Source: a virus | Length of the DNA stretch: 64,000 nucleotides | Virus record (IMG/VR): IMGVR_UViG_3300044984_003188 | Reading direction: 5' to 3' (one strand) | In this document: positions 9,544-20,303 of the stretch, in pieces | How the letters are laid out: every line of letters starts with the position of its first letter | Position numbering within the stretch: position 1 is the first letter of the stretch | Translations under genes and position numbers: made by a program | The notes under the pieces: model-generated | Told to the model about the DNA's origin: nothing | Database searches by the model: none | What the model saw: the letters and a program-made list of their open reading frames with translations, nothing else

Positions 9544-12500
9544 ATGGCGATTCTCACCACCAAGCACTCAGTTGATGTAGCAAATTCATTCATCGACGAT
9601 GTTAAAAACAATAAAAATACTTACTATACTTTCATGGGGCATCCCGCACCATGGAGTACTGAACCTACTGCGCCTGCTGCAAACGATTCGGTAAATCAAG
9701 TAGAGCAATCAATTTATAACGATCTTGTCATTGGTAAGCTCATAGGGAACACAGATGTTTCACATGTAATACCAAGATATGATTGGACAAATAATACTGT
9801 CTATGCAAAATATGATAGAAATGATTCTGCGCTATTTGCTAAGCAGTTCTATGTCATGACAGATAGTTATGAGGTTTATAAAGTTATTGATAATTCCTCA
9901 AATGGATATTCAACCGTAAAGCCTTCTCTTATCTCCACATTAGGAACATTCCAGACCGGTGATGGGTATATTTGGAAGTACATGTATAGCGTTGATCCTA
10001 CCTCAAATACCAAATTTACATCAGCAGATTATATCCCTGTTGCAACAAATACCTCTGTGTCATCCAATGCCGTCGGTGGCACAATTGATACCATTTTTGT
10101 TTCCAATGCAGGTCTAAATTACAACACGTACCAGAATGGATATATTTTCAATTACGTAAGTTCATCTGAGATTCAATTACCAAATACGGCTACAATTTCC
10201 AATACCACAACTTCAACTGTAAATGACTTCTATAGTGGTGCTAGCATCTATTTGAAGTCTGGATATGGTGCTGGTCAAATAAGAACCATTAATAGTTACG
10301 CAGGTGCTACTAGACTTGTAACAGTCAGTGAACCATTTGATACCTATGCTAAAATAGATCTTTCCGACACTCAAGGGACAATTCAAGCTACTCAAATAGC
10401 AACTCAAACTATTGATAGCATAAATCCACTTTATGCCAAGGGATATTTTAGTGTCGGTGATGTTGTTGTGCAGGTGAATAACGGCGTGACAGGCACAGTG
10501 GCATCTTATAATGGCACCACACTAAGAGTAATTAGAAATAACCTTGCGGTCAACTTCTCTACCGCATTTCCAATTCGCAATACAAATAATGATGGAACAT
10601 TAAAGCCAAGCAGAGTCTCCACAACTGCAGGTTCAAATACCGTAACAGCTTTCCAGGCTACTTTTAATGCCAACTCTTCAGTCAATAGCACTGCGGATTC
10701 CATTAGTTTAGGTGCAAATCAATATTTCATTGATGGAGACTATGTCTACTATCAAGTGGCATCGGGTAATACCACAGTATCAGGATTGACTGCCAATACA
10801 TATTATTTCATTGTTGGTTCAAATGCCACTCATATAAAGCTATCCGCAACTGCTGGTGGCACTGCATGTAATATCACTGCTTCTGCCACATCAGAATCTG
10901 GTCATATACTATATGCACCACTTTCAAGCAGCTATGCTATAAATGATTATATCAGAGTTGGAACAAATGCAAATAATAACGTCAGAAGAATAACATCTGT
11001 TGGTACAACAACAGCTGCAGCTGAGAGTGGATTTGATACCACAACAATTGCTGATGTGCACTATTCACTCACAAATATTATTATGCCTGCAAATGTTTCA
11101 CCTACAACTGCAACTGGTACTGTGAGCAATGTAAATCTAAACTCTGTAAGACTCAATGTAAGCGCTGCTTCACTGCCAGGCAAAACTCTTATTATTGGTG
11201 AATCAGTCAAAATGGTTGATTCTTCAAATGTTGCTCAAGGTCCAATCGGTGTTGTTGCATATGCAAACTCTTCACAGGTTATTCTTGGTGGCGTTTCAGG
11301 GACTTGGGCTCTAGGCAATTACATCTTTGGTATGTCTTCTCTACAGAGACATTATATTGATCTTGCCGTATCAAGTCCAAATATAGTAATTTCAAATCCA
11401 GTAGGTATATTTGAAGCAGGGCAGAAAATTGTATTCAGTGGTAATGGTTCTGGTAATGCAGTTGCAACTGCTATCTCTGCTATTCCAAATAGTCTTACTG
11501 AATTTGTGATTAGTCCAAGAGTTACTATTACTGGTGACGGCACTGGCGCTCAAGCCTATGCGGTTGTAAACACCGCTTCTGGTAGTGCAAATACTATTCA
11601 ACGATTTGTAATGGTGAATCCAGGTTCCGCCTATACCAATGCTAGTGTAATTGTCACCGATGGATCTGGATCTGGTGGATCCGGTGCACTTGCAACGCCA
11701 TCCATTGCACCAGTAAAAGGGCATGGCTTTGATGCGGTTGAAGAACTGGGTGGTAAATATGTTGGTATCTATACTAAATTTGACACACTTGAAAATGATT
11801 CATTCTCTTATCCTTCCCATGGATCTTACAGAACAGTTGGCATTCTAGTCAATCCAACATTCCAAGATGTTATTGTGGATTTGGATTCATTTGATCGTGT
11901 TAAATTTACAATTACCGGTGCTTCAGGCTCTTATACTGTAAATGAAGTTGTAATCAATGCAAATGCAAGCATAAGCACTGGTTCTGCCAATCTTTACACA
12001 AATGCAACTGGTGTGGTGGCATATTCTAATAGCACTTATCTTGAATTAAAGAATGTCCGTGGTACTTTCTCCACTACGAGCAATACCGCAAATAGACTCT
12101 ATGGTATTTCATCGGGTGTATTTTCAACTCCAGTGTCATTTGCAAATGCGGCATTTGTTGCTAATTCAACATTTACTCAGGACACAATTACTGGTAATGT
12201 AAAAACCGTAATTACAAATACTAGACTTAGACTAAATGAAGTTGCTGGTAGACTTTCCACAAATGCAACTATTAGCCAAGCATCATCAAATGCATATGCA
12301 AATGTAACGGCGATATATACCTCAAATGGTCAAAAGAATGCTTCTACAAACTATGGTAGATATTTCAATCAGACTCTTAGATTGACTATTAATTCAAACA
12401 CTGGAAGCTTTCAAAGTGGTGAAGTTGTAAGTCAAGGTAATGCAGTTGGTTATCTAATGTCATCCGTTTATGAAAAAGATCTGTTGATCAGTGGAGTTAC

Positions 12501-12906
12501 AGGGTCTTTTGCCAATGGACAACAAGTGGTGGATATTACTTCTGGTGCAAATGGTTATGTAGTCTTTGCAAATTCAACTTATCTAAAGCTTACCGGCGTT
12601 TCTAATAACCTTTCATTCGCTGTGGGGAATTATATAAATAATAACTTAGGGGCTAATGCACAAGTCACCGCTGTTTATCCTGTTCTACTTCTTTCAGGTG
12701 TTTACGGAACAAGTGCATTTACCGCAAGTTCAGTTGATATCGTGGGAAGTAATTCTGCAGCACGTGGGCAAGCAACTGATAGTTCATTGATTACATATCC
12801 ACAACTGGTGAAAAATAGCGGAGAAGTCATGTATCTTGAAAACGTAGCACCTATTACTAAAACACCAGACTCACAAGAACAATTTAAAATTGTTATAAAG
12901 TTCTAG
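9544..12906 (+). CDS. gp8: Baseplate wedge gp8-like protein, greatly expanded
   Basis: IPRYDWT, FYVMTDSYEVYK, GDGYIWKYMY, GHGFDAVEELGG and C-terminal SGEVMYLEN..PI......EQFKIVIKF. Confidence 0.8.
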   Translation: MAILTTKHSVDVANSFIDDVKNNKNTYYTFMGHPAPWSTEPTAPAANDSVNQVEQSIYNDLVIGKLIGNTDVSHVIPRYDWTNNTVYAKYDRNDSALFAKQFYVMTDSYEVYKVIDNSSNGYSTVKPSLISTLGTFQTGDGYIWKYMYSVDPTSNTKFTSADYIPVATNTSVSSNAVGGTIDTIFVSNAGLNYNTYQNGYIFNYVSSSEIQLPNTATISNTTTSTVNDFYSGASIYLKSGYGAGQIRTINSYAGATRLVTVSEPFDTYAKIDLSDTQGTIQATQIATQTIDSINPLYAKGYFSVGDVVVQVNNGVTGTVASYNGTTLRVIRNNLAVNFSTAFPIRNTNNDGTLKPSRVSTTAGSNTVTAFQATFNANSSVNSTADSISLGANQYFIDGDYVYYQVASGNTTVSGLTANTYYFIVGSNATHIKLSATAGGTACNITASATSESGHILYAPLSSSYAINDYIRVGTNANNNVRRITSVGTTTAAAESGFDTTTIADVHYSLTNIIMPANVSPTTATGTVSNVNLNSVRLNVSAASLPGKTLIIGESVKMVDSSNVAQGPIGVVAYANSSQVILGGVSGTWALGNYIFGMSSLQRHYIDLAVSSPNIVISNPVGIFEAGQKIVFSGNGSGNAVATAISAIPNSLTEFVISPRVTITGDGTGAQAYAVVNTASGSANTIQRFVMVNPGSAYTNASVIVTDGSGSGGSGALATPSIAPVKGHGFDAVEELGGKYVGIYTKFDTLENDSFSYPSHGSYRTVGILVNPTFQDVIVDLDSFDRVKFTITGASGSYTVNEVVINANASISTGSANLYTNATGVVAYSNSTYLELKNVRGTFSTTSNTANRLYGISSGVFSTPVSFANAAFVANSTFTQDTITGNVKTVITNTRLRLNEVAGRLSTNATISQASSNAYANVTAIYTSNGQKNASTNYGRYFNQTLRLTINSNTGSFQSGEVVSQGNAVGYLMSSVYEKDLLISGVTGSFANGQQVVDITSGANGYVVFANSTYLKLTGVSNNLSFAVGNYINNNLGANAQVTAVYPVLLLSGVYGTSAFTASSVDIVGSNSAARGQATDSSLITYPQLVKNSGEVMYLENVAPITKTPDSQEQFKIVIKF

Positions 12907-12914
12907 AGGATTAA

Positions 12915-15900
12915 ATGACACTTCAAATAGATCTTTCCCGTAAGCCATATTTCGATGATTTTGACGAAGAAAAGAATTTTTATAGAGTTCTTTATCGTCC
13001 TTCCACTGCTGTTCAAACCAGAGAACTAAATCAAACACAGAGTATATTACAAGACCAGCTAGATAAATTCGGTCGTTCCATTTATAAAGATGGATCGGTT
13101 GTTGAAGGTTGCTCATTTACATTTGATAATAATTACTTCTATGTAAAGATTCAAGATAGATTTGCAAACGGATCTGTCATTGAATCCATTAGTGATTTAA
13201 TCGGATCATATGTGCGTTCTGGTAATAGCAGTAGCTATCTGGAAGCAATCATAGTAAATACAGCTGCAGGTTTGGAAGCACTTACACCAAACTATAATAC
13301 ACTTTATCTTAAGTATTTAAACTCATACGTATATTCAAATGGATCCATTAAATCTGAATATTCAAATAATGATGTGCTTGAGATATTTTCCTCTGCAAAT
13401 GTAGCGATTGCAAATGCAACCGTAGCAAATACCACCAATTCTACTGGTCGTGGTTATGCTATGACAACATCAGAAGGTGTGATCTTCAAGAATGGATTCT
13501 TTGTCAGAGTAGCACCACAAACTCTTGTTATTTCAAAATACAACAATATCCCTAGTGATGTGTCTGTAGGATTTGATCTAGAACAAGATATTATCACAGC
13601 CGAAACAGACCCAAGTCTTGTTGATAATGCTGCTGGTTCACCAAATGAAGATGCACCTGGCGCCCATCGTCTGAAACTTGTTCCTTATCTTTCCATTAGA
13701 GCTGCTTCCGATATTTCAAATACCGCAACATTCTTCTCTCTAGTTGACTTCAAGAGTGGTCTACCTGTAACAATTCGTACAGATCCACAATATTCTGCAC
13801 TAGGTAAGGAATTAGCTAGAAGAACATATGAAACAAATGGTGATTATGTTATCAATCCATTTATTCTTACCGTAGAGAATAAAAGTTCTACCGATGCAAA
13901 TAATACCTCATATCTAAATCTGGTAAGTTCACCAGGTATTGGTTATGTCAAGGGAAATAGAGTAGAATTTCTCAATAAGAATGTCACTGACATTAGAAAG
14001 GGGCTAAACACCTCAACCATTGCAGCACAACAAATTACTGCAAACTTTGGTTACTATATTAACGTTGATGAATATTGTGGTGATTTCAATAATGATCTGA
14101 TTGATCAAGTAGAATTACATTCAATTGCTAAGACCTCAATTTCAAATAGAACATTCCTAAGCACTGGTTATTCTTCTACATCTAAGATTGGTACTGCATC
14201 AGTTCGTGGTTTTGCATATGATGATGGCACTCCCGGAACACCACGTGGTAAGTACAGACTATATCTATTCAATATTTCAATGAACTCAGGCTTCAATTTC
14301 TCTGATGTTCGAAGTGTGATTCGTTATAGTTCTGGTGTCAAAGCCATGGCAGACTTGGTTCTTGATTACAATGGAACCTTGCAAGCCTATACTGCAACCA
14401 TTCAAGATAATGCAAACGAAATCATGATCCATCCTTTTGGTCAAAAGGCCATTAAGTCCGATGGATTTGCTAATGTTCAGTATATCTATAGAAATAGTTC
14501 GAATCAACAGTTCAATACCTCTGGTAGTATGACAATTTCTGTCACTACAGCAGGCACCGGTTCAGAAAGTTTTTACTATCAAGGATCACTATCATCTGTT
14601 GCGGAAGAATCATTTGTTATAATTCCAACACAGACTAGAATTTCATCTGCAAATCTTTCTGGTACTGTTGCAATATCCTCAACAAGTGCCAACGTTGTGG
14701 GCACAAGCACTACATTTGCCACAGACTTCGTTGTCGGTGAATATATCAATGCTAATACTGAAACAAGAAGAATTAATTCTATTGTCAATAATACTCTAAT
14801 TGTTGTTGACTCTGTATTCTCTGCAACTGGTTCTGGTAAGGCTTACTATAAGGAATTCCCAGCTGGCGTTCCAATTAATTTCGGCACTAGTGGTAGAACT
14901 ATCTCCATTTCTGGTAATTCTGCCACTCTTACACTAAATCACAACATTAATGCCACAATGCAATGCACCGTGTATTATGATGTAAAGCGCTCAGAAACCA
15001 AACCAATCGGCAAGGTTATTCAAAGAGATACTCATATTGCTATCTATACAGGTAATAATGCCGGTGGTACTACTGGTCCATGGTGCTTGGGTATCCCAGA
15101 CGTTTATAAATTAAAACATGTTTATGTTGGCACAACAAAAGCAAATACAAATCCAGATATGCTTATTGACTTTGATCTAGACAATGGTCAAAAAGATTCA
15201 TATTATGGTCTAGGCTATATTTCATCCAAGAAACCATTGGCAAATAATCAGTGGCTACTTGTTGTTGTTGACAACTTTACACAAGATATCACTCAGGGTA
15301 AAGGTTTCTTCACAGCAAATTCATACCCAATTGATGATGTCAATACTGCAAATACCCAAACCATCACTACTGCAACAATTCCAGTTTACAATTCTGTTGT
15401 GACCGGTAAAACATATGATCTCAGAGATTCACTAGATTTCAGACCATATGCTACAAATACTGCCGTTGCAAATGCCATCTCAAATACTGCTGCAACTGTA
15501 AATCCTGCCACCGCAGCCGCAACTATATTTGCGGTTGATCCTGTGAATGGTTCTTATCTACCTTCACCAGATTTACCTTATCAGTCAACAATTCAATACT
15601 ATCTACCTAGAAAAGACAGAGTATCTCTCACCACCGGTGGTGATATTTTAGTGACCGAAGGTATTTCTGCTCAAAGACCTATAGCACCTCTTGAAGTGCC
15701 AGATACCATGACTATTGGTATTATAGATGTTCCTGCTTATCCTACATTGACTCCTGCTGCCGCAGCATCAGCTGGTCGTTATGATTATGCCGTGCAGTCG
15801 TCTATTCAACAAATCAAACGCTATACAATGAGTGATATTGGCAAGCTTGCCAATAGAATTGATCGTCTAGAATACTATACTTCACTCTCACTTGTAGAGC

Positions 15901-17279
15901 AAGGCGCTAGTGCACTTCTTGTAAGATCAAGCACAACTGGTCTAAATCGTTTCAAGAACGGTATTCTAGTTGATCCATTCAAAGATCATACTATCGGCAA
16001 TACCAATAATCCATTATATCGTATTGCAATTGATTCTACCAGAGGTGAAGCAAGACCGCTATTCTCTCAAGGTTTTGTGAATCTGTATTATGATGATTCG
16101 TTGTCAACAAATACCACAAAGACTGGTGATATTATTACACTTGAGTACACTTCAGTTGTAAATCAAAGCCAGAATTTTGCTTCAAAACCAGTAAATCCAG
16201 CACTCGGCAATCAATATCACTTCAGTGGCACTATGACTTTGGATCCTCCTGGTGCTATCAGCGTGGATATTACCAAGGCACCAGATGTTATTGGTGATTT
16301 GGATCTTTCTTCCAATTGGGTAAATATGCAGAGATATATCTCTGCTGTTTATGGATCACAATGGAGCAATTGGACTAATACTCTAACCCCTGCTCAACAA
16401 TCTGCTCTTACCTCTTCATCATTTTCTAATCAAGTGGTGACCACAAATGTTCAGCAGTCTCAGAATTATGGGCGTGATATACAAGTTCAGAATACCCAGA
16501 GCTTGGTCACAAATGGCAATTATGTCACAAATGTAAGCACACTTTCGTACATTCAAGCAATCCCAGTGTTCTTCAAAGCTAGTGGTATGAAGCCACGCAC
16601 AACGCTCTATGCATATTTCAACAATATTCCGGTCACACAATATTGCTATCCAATGACCGTATATACCGGAACCGTTACAACCTCTGGTGGTTATAAAAAG
16701 ACCGATGATGGGCGCTTTGTATTTACTGATAAGAACTCTGTAAATTATGCTTATAGTAGTCTATTTGGAACAACATATCCTGCAAATCAAGCACTAAAAG
16801 CGGATGATTATGGCAATGTTTATGGTATATTCTTTATTCCGGATGCTACATTCAGAACTGGTGAACTTGAATTTGTTTTGACTGATGTTTCGGATCTTTC
16901 AAATATCATCAATTCCTCAACCGTTTCTAGAGATACATTCTTTGCAACAAACTTATTTGTACAGACAACCACAAATAGTCAAATTAGAAACCCAACGATA
17001 AATACATCAGAACAAACAAATCAAAACTCACTAAATCAAAATACCAATACACCACCATCAAACGATCCGGTTTCCGCTACTGCACCGCCACAATATATCA
17101 CATCAGAACAATACAATGGTGCTGATGGTGGTTGGGTCACAATAGAAACACCAGTTTTGAATGTGAGTGACACTTCACAACAATATACCGGTAGTGGTGG
17201 TGGATATGCAACATACTCAGTATATGCAAATTATAGTGGTAATCAAGATTTAAGTTCCTATCAGGGTGGTGCTAATTAA
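12915..17279 (+). CDS. Large virion structural protein, DUF4815/VrlC-like (N-terminal part)
   Basis: PYFDDFDEEKNFYRVLYRP..AVQTRELNQTQSILQ; APGAHRLK; LARRTYETNGDY; RLEYYTSLSL; RFKNGILVDPF. Confidence 0.8.
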   Translation: MTLQIDLSRKPYFDDFDEEKNFYRVLYRPSTAVQTRELNQTQSILQDQLDKFGRSIYKDGSVVEGCSFTFDNNYFYVKIQDRFANGSVIESISDLIGSYVRSGNSSSYLEAIIVNTAAGLEALTPNYNTLYLKYLNSYVYSNGSIKSEYSNNDVLEIFSSANVAIANATVANTTNSTGRGYAMTTSEGVIFKNGFFVRVAPQTLVISKYNNIPSDVSVGFDLEQDIITAETDPSLVDNAAGSPNEDAPGAHRLKLVPYLSIRAASDISNTATFFSLVDFKSGLPVTIRTDPQYSALGKELARRTYETNGDYVINPFILTVENKSSTDANNTSYLNLVSSPGIGYVKGNRVEFLNKNVTDIRKGLNTSTIAAQQITANFGYYINVDEYCGDFNNDLIDQVELHSIAKTSISNRTFLSTGYSSTSKIGTASVRGFAYDDGTPGTPRGKYRLYLFNISMNSGFNFSDVRSVIRYSSGVKAMADLVLDYNGTLQAYTATIQDNANEIMIHPFGQKAIKSDGFANVQYIYRNSSNQQFNTSGSMTISVTTAGTGSESFYYQGSLSSVAEESFVIIPTQTRISSANLSGTVAISSTSANVVGTSTTFATDFVVGEYINANTETRRINSIVNNTLIVVDSVFSATGSGKAYYKEFPAGVPINFGTSGRTISISGNSATLTLNHNINATMQCTVYYDVKRSETKPIGKVIQRDTHIAIYTGNNAGGTTGPWCLGIPDVYKLKHVYVGTTKANTNPDMLIDFDLDNGQKDSYYGLGYISSKKPLANNQWLLVVVDNFTQDITQGKGFFTANSYPIDDVNTANTQTITTATIPVYNSVVTGKTYDLRDSLDFRPYATNTAVANAISNTAATVNPATAAATIFAVDPVNGSYLPSPDLPYQSTIQYYLPRKDRVSLTTGGDILVTEGISAQRPIAPLEVPDTMTIGIIDVPAYPTLTPAAAASAGRYDYAVQSSIQQIKRYTMSDIGKLANRIDRLEYYTSLSLVEQGASALLVRSSTTGLNRFKNGILVDPFKDHTIGNTNNPLYRIAIDSTRGEARPLFSQGFVNLYYDDSLSTNTTKTGDIITLEYTSVVNQSQNFASKPVNPALGNQYHFSGTMTLDPPGAISVDITKAPDVIGDLDLSSNWVNMQRYISAVYGSQWSNWTNTLTPAQQSALTSSSFSNQVVTTNVQQSQNYGRDIQVQNTQSLVTNGNYVTNVSTLSYIQAIPVFFKASGMKPRTTLYAYFNNIPVTQYCYPMTVYTGTVTTSGGYKKTDDGRFVFTDKNSVNYAYSSLFGTTYPANQALKADDYGNVYGIFFIPDATFRTGELEFVLTDVSDLSNIINSSTVSRDTFFATNLFVQTTTNSQIRNPTINTSEQTNQNSLNQNTNTPPSNDPVSATAPPQYITSEQYNGADGGWVTIETPVLNVSDTSQQYTGSGGGYATYSVYANYSGNQDLSSYQGGAN

Positions 17280-17307
17280 TGAAAAACAATAAGGGTCTAT
17301 AAACTAA

Positions 17308-20094
17308 ATGAATCCTATAGCTCAAACTTTTATAGTCTCCGAGCCGGAAAATGGCGTTGATGCAGTATTTGTCACAGCTGTTGATCTATTCTTCAGAAAA
17401 AAGTCATCAAATTATGGCATAGAATTGCAGATCAGAGAAACACAGAATGGGGTGCCTACCAAAAGAGTCATCCCATATGCCTCAAAGGTATTGCAACCAA
17501 GTCAGATCAATATTTCTGGAACTGCTGCAACCGCTACCAAGTTTACATTTGATACTCCTGTAGTACTAAGAACAAATGTGCAATATGCAATTACAGTTTC
17601 ACCAGTAGGTGGCGATCCAAATTATGATATATGGATCGCTGAACTTGGTGCAAATGACGTTGCCAATCCAACTGTTCCAATTTACAAGAATAATCAGCTT
17701 GGTTCTTTGTTTGTTTCTTCAAATGATTTAAACTTTATCCAAAGACCTACGGAAAATATAAAGTATACCTTATACACAGCTCAATTTAGCCAGACTAGTG
17801 GTAATGCTGTATTCCGAAATGCAAATAATGATTTCTTCCGTGTTCGTGATATCATTGGAACATTTAGACCTGGTGAACAAATCATGGTCTCAAATGGATG
17901 GCTAGAACTTGCTGCATTGAATCTATCCGGTGCAAACGTATTTACAATCGGTGAAACCCTTTATCAAACTTCAAGTGGTTCTTCACCAAACACAGCCACC
18001 GGTAAAGTTTATTTTGCTAATACAACTGTTGTAAAAGTTTCAAATCTAGATGGTGCATTTGTCTCCACTGGTAATACCACTGTGGTCGGTGCCACTTCTA
18101 GCAAAACTTCTGTAATTACAGCAGCATACCAAAATGTCATCACGACATCTGCAACAAATGTGATTACAGTTCCGGATCCAAGTTACTCTGAGTTTGCAAA
18201 TGGCAACTACATTGCCGTATTTACCGCTTCAACTGCAAATGCTCAAATTTTACAAATCACAGCAAACAGCACCGTATCTAGAACTTTGACATTATCTGCT
18301 AATGTAAACTTTACAGATTCAGCAGCCAGAATCACTGCGGTTTATGCAAATGCTAATTTGCATGGATATCTGGCTTCTCAGACTCGTTCTTATCCTGAAT
18401 CTACATTTGTAATCGGTGGTGTAAACTCAAATACGACTGTAAACTTTGCAAATACATCTGGTAAACAACTTATCGGTAGAGATTCTGGTGCTTCCGCATA
18501 TATTATTTCTCTAGTGGATATGTATTTTGATTCCGTAACTTCACAATTCACGGAAGCAAAACCAAGATTCACTGATACAAATTGGGCTTTCCAAGGTATT
18601 TCAAATACTAAAAGTGTGGATGCATCATATAACACAGTGCGCCAAGATGTGCCATATGAATTTAATGATCAACAAAGAATGCTTATGTCCAGAAGTAATG
18701 AGCTTAAGGCATCACTTGCCGTTGGTGGCACCAGTGGTGCAAGTTCATTTAAGATTAGATCTGATTTGACTACAGCAAACAATAAAAGCTCACCTTATAT
18801 TGATACAATTAGAAATCAAGCTGTATTTACACACAACATGATTTTCCCTGAAGTATTCCTAAATGGTACAGCGCTTAATATTGCCAATCTGACTGGTTAT
18901 TTTGCATTAGGTGATACCGTTTGGCAGGCAAATGCCACAACAAATACCACTGGCACAGTTGTTATGTCTAATAGCACATTCATTGCGGTAAGTAATTTGG
19001 CAAGTAGCAATACAATGCACATTGCAGGATTTAATGTTGGTTCAAATATAACCTCTACAAATATCACAGCAAATGGTGTTGCAAATGTCTCAGCAATTAG
19101 AGTTTATAATGAGGCTTCATTTCCTGCAGCGGATCAATCCCGCTATATTTCCAAGAATGTAGTACTTGCAGATAAGCAAGACTCTGAAGATCTTATTTGC
19201 TATCTCACTGCATATAGACCACAAGAGACAAATCTATTAGTTTACGGGCAATTTAGTTCTGCGGATGATGCGGAATCACTTGGATCCAAGCATTGGTCTA
19301 GACTTCAAGAGAATACTATTTCAGTTGGTTTGTACAGCAGTCTAGTAAATAGAGATGATTATGTTGAATTAGCATATGATTTACCTACTTCTATTCAACT
19401 TCAAAATAACAATGTCTCCACAAATACCACTTCTGCAACTGTAAATTTTGTCGGCACAGCAGATAATTCCGGAATCAAACCAGGTAATTTTGTCTACATT
19501 AGAGATTTGAGTTATGGTGTAACAGGCGTAAGTATTGCAGCCGCAGGTTCTGGATATGCAACTGGTGATCAAGTAAGAATAGATGGTGGTGTTCCCGGCA
19601 TTCTAAACGCCAATGCAGTTCTAAGTGTTGTTGCAAATCCAACTGGCAATGTGGTTGGATTGTCTGTAATCTCCAAGGGTAGTTATCCAAATAACCAGGT
19701 GCTATCTGCAAATGCCACAGCAAATGTAACTGGTTCTGGAACAGGACTTACCCTAGGTGTGAGTGCACTTCAATTTGAACAATCAACAAAATTCAATGTG
19801 CGTAGAGTTATTGCAACTCCAAATACATCTTCAATTGTGCTAAATTCAAATAATTCTTTCATAACTGGTAATTCAACTGTTGGCGCTGGAGCCATTGGTT
19901 TAATTCCAGATTTAGAAACTCAATATGGTGCATTTAAATATGCAAATAATGAAGGTATTATTAGATATACAACCTCAACTGATCAGGTGTTTGATAGCTA
20001 CAAAACCTTTGCTGTAAAGATTGTTCTTGTTTCTAATAATTCTTACATCGTACCAAGACTCAATGATATGAGAGCAATAGCACTGCAGGTATAA
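17308..20094 (+). CDS. Virion structural protein, C-terminal part of the VrlC-like family
   Basis: Starts PIAQTF.V....VFVTAVDLFF..K and ends FAVKIVL......VPRLNDMRAIALQ, as at the C-terminus of these proteins. Confidence 0.7.
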   Translation: MNPIAQTFIVSEPENGVDAVFVTAVDLFFRKKSSNYGIELQIRETQNGVPTKRVIPYASKVLQPSQINISGTAATATKFTFDTPVVLRTNVQYAITVSPVGGDPNYDIWIAELGANDVANPTVPIYKNNQLGSLFVSSNDLNFIQRPTENIKYTLYTAQFSQTSGNAVFRNANNDFFRVRDIIGTFRPGEQIMVSNGWLELAALNLSGANVFTIGETLYQTSSGSSPNTATGKVYFANTTVVKVSNLDGAFVSTGNTTVVGATSSKTSVITAAYQNVITTSATNVITVPDPSYSEFANGNYIAVFTASTANAQILQITANSTVSRTLTLSANVNFTDSAARITAVYANANLHGYLASQTRSYPESTFVIGGVNSNTTVNFANTSGKQLIGRDSGASAYIISLVDMYFDSVTSQFTEAKPRFTDTNWAFQGISNTKSVDASYNTVRQDVPYEFNDQQRMLMSRSNELKASLAVGGTSGASSFKIRSDLTTANNKSSPYIDTIRNQAVFTHNMIFPEVFLNGTALNIANLTGYFALGDTVWQANATTNTTGTVVMSNSTFIAVSNLASSNTMHIAGFNVGSNITSTNITANGVANVSAIRVYNEASFPAADQSRYISKNVVLADKQDSEDLICYLTAYRPQETNLLVYGQFSSADDAESLGSKHWSRLQENTISVGLYSSLVNRDDYVELAYDLPTSIQLQNNNVSTNTTSATVNFVGTADNSGIKPGNFVYIRDLSYGVTGVSIAAAGSGYATGDQVRIDGGVPGILNANAVLSVVANPTGNVVGLSVISKGSYPNNQVLSANATANVTGSGTGLTLGVSALQFEQSTKFNVRRVIATPNTSSIVLNSNNSFITGNSTVGAGAIGLIPDLETQYGAFKYANNEGIIRYTTSTDQVFDSYKTFAVKIVLVSNNSYIVPRLNDMRAIALQV

Positions 20095-20303
20095 TGGAAA
20101 ATTTAAAAGTAAAAGATAATAGAAGTCTAGTACGACAAAAAGCTTCTAGTGCAATATTGACGGTTGATAATCAAAGCCTCCTGCGCTATAGGGAGGAAAG
20201 ATCCAGAGCCAATAAATTAAATAATGTGCACGAAGAAAATATTAAACTTAAGAATGAATTAGATGAGATTAAATCTCTAATCCAAGGATTATTAACTAGA
20301 TGA
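20094..20303 (+). CDS. Small conserved hypothetical protein (coiled-coil C-terminus)
   Basis: KVKDNRSLVR...S.AIL....LKNELDEIKSLI; overlapping starts and stops with both neighbours. Confidence 0.6.
   Translation: MENLKVKDNRSLVRQKASSAILTVDNQSLLRYREERSRANKLNNVHEENIKLKNELDEIKSLIQGLLTR

Noticed and set aside
12633-12640. Intragenic TATAAATA in gp8 (also at 60322) as late promoters
   Set aside because: The 8-mer is expected several times by chance in AT-rich DNA; only copies at gene boundaries were accepted
12904-12906. Stop-codon reassignment (TAG or TGA read-through)
   Set aside because: Core genes are full length in the standard code, and TAG/TGA fall at expected C-termini (gp8 ...VIKF-TAG, gp13 ...MIG-TGA)
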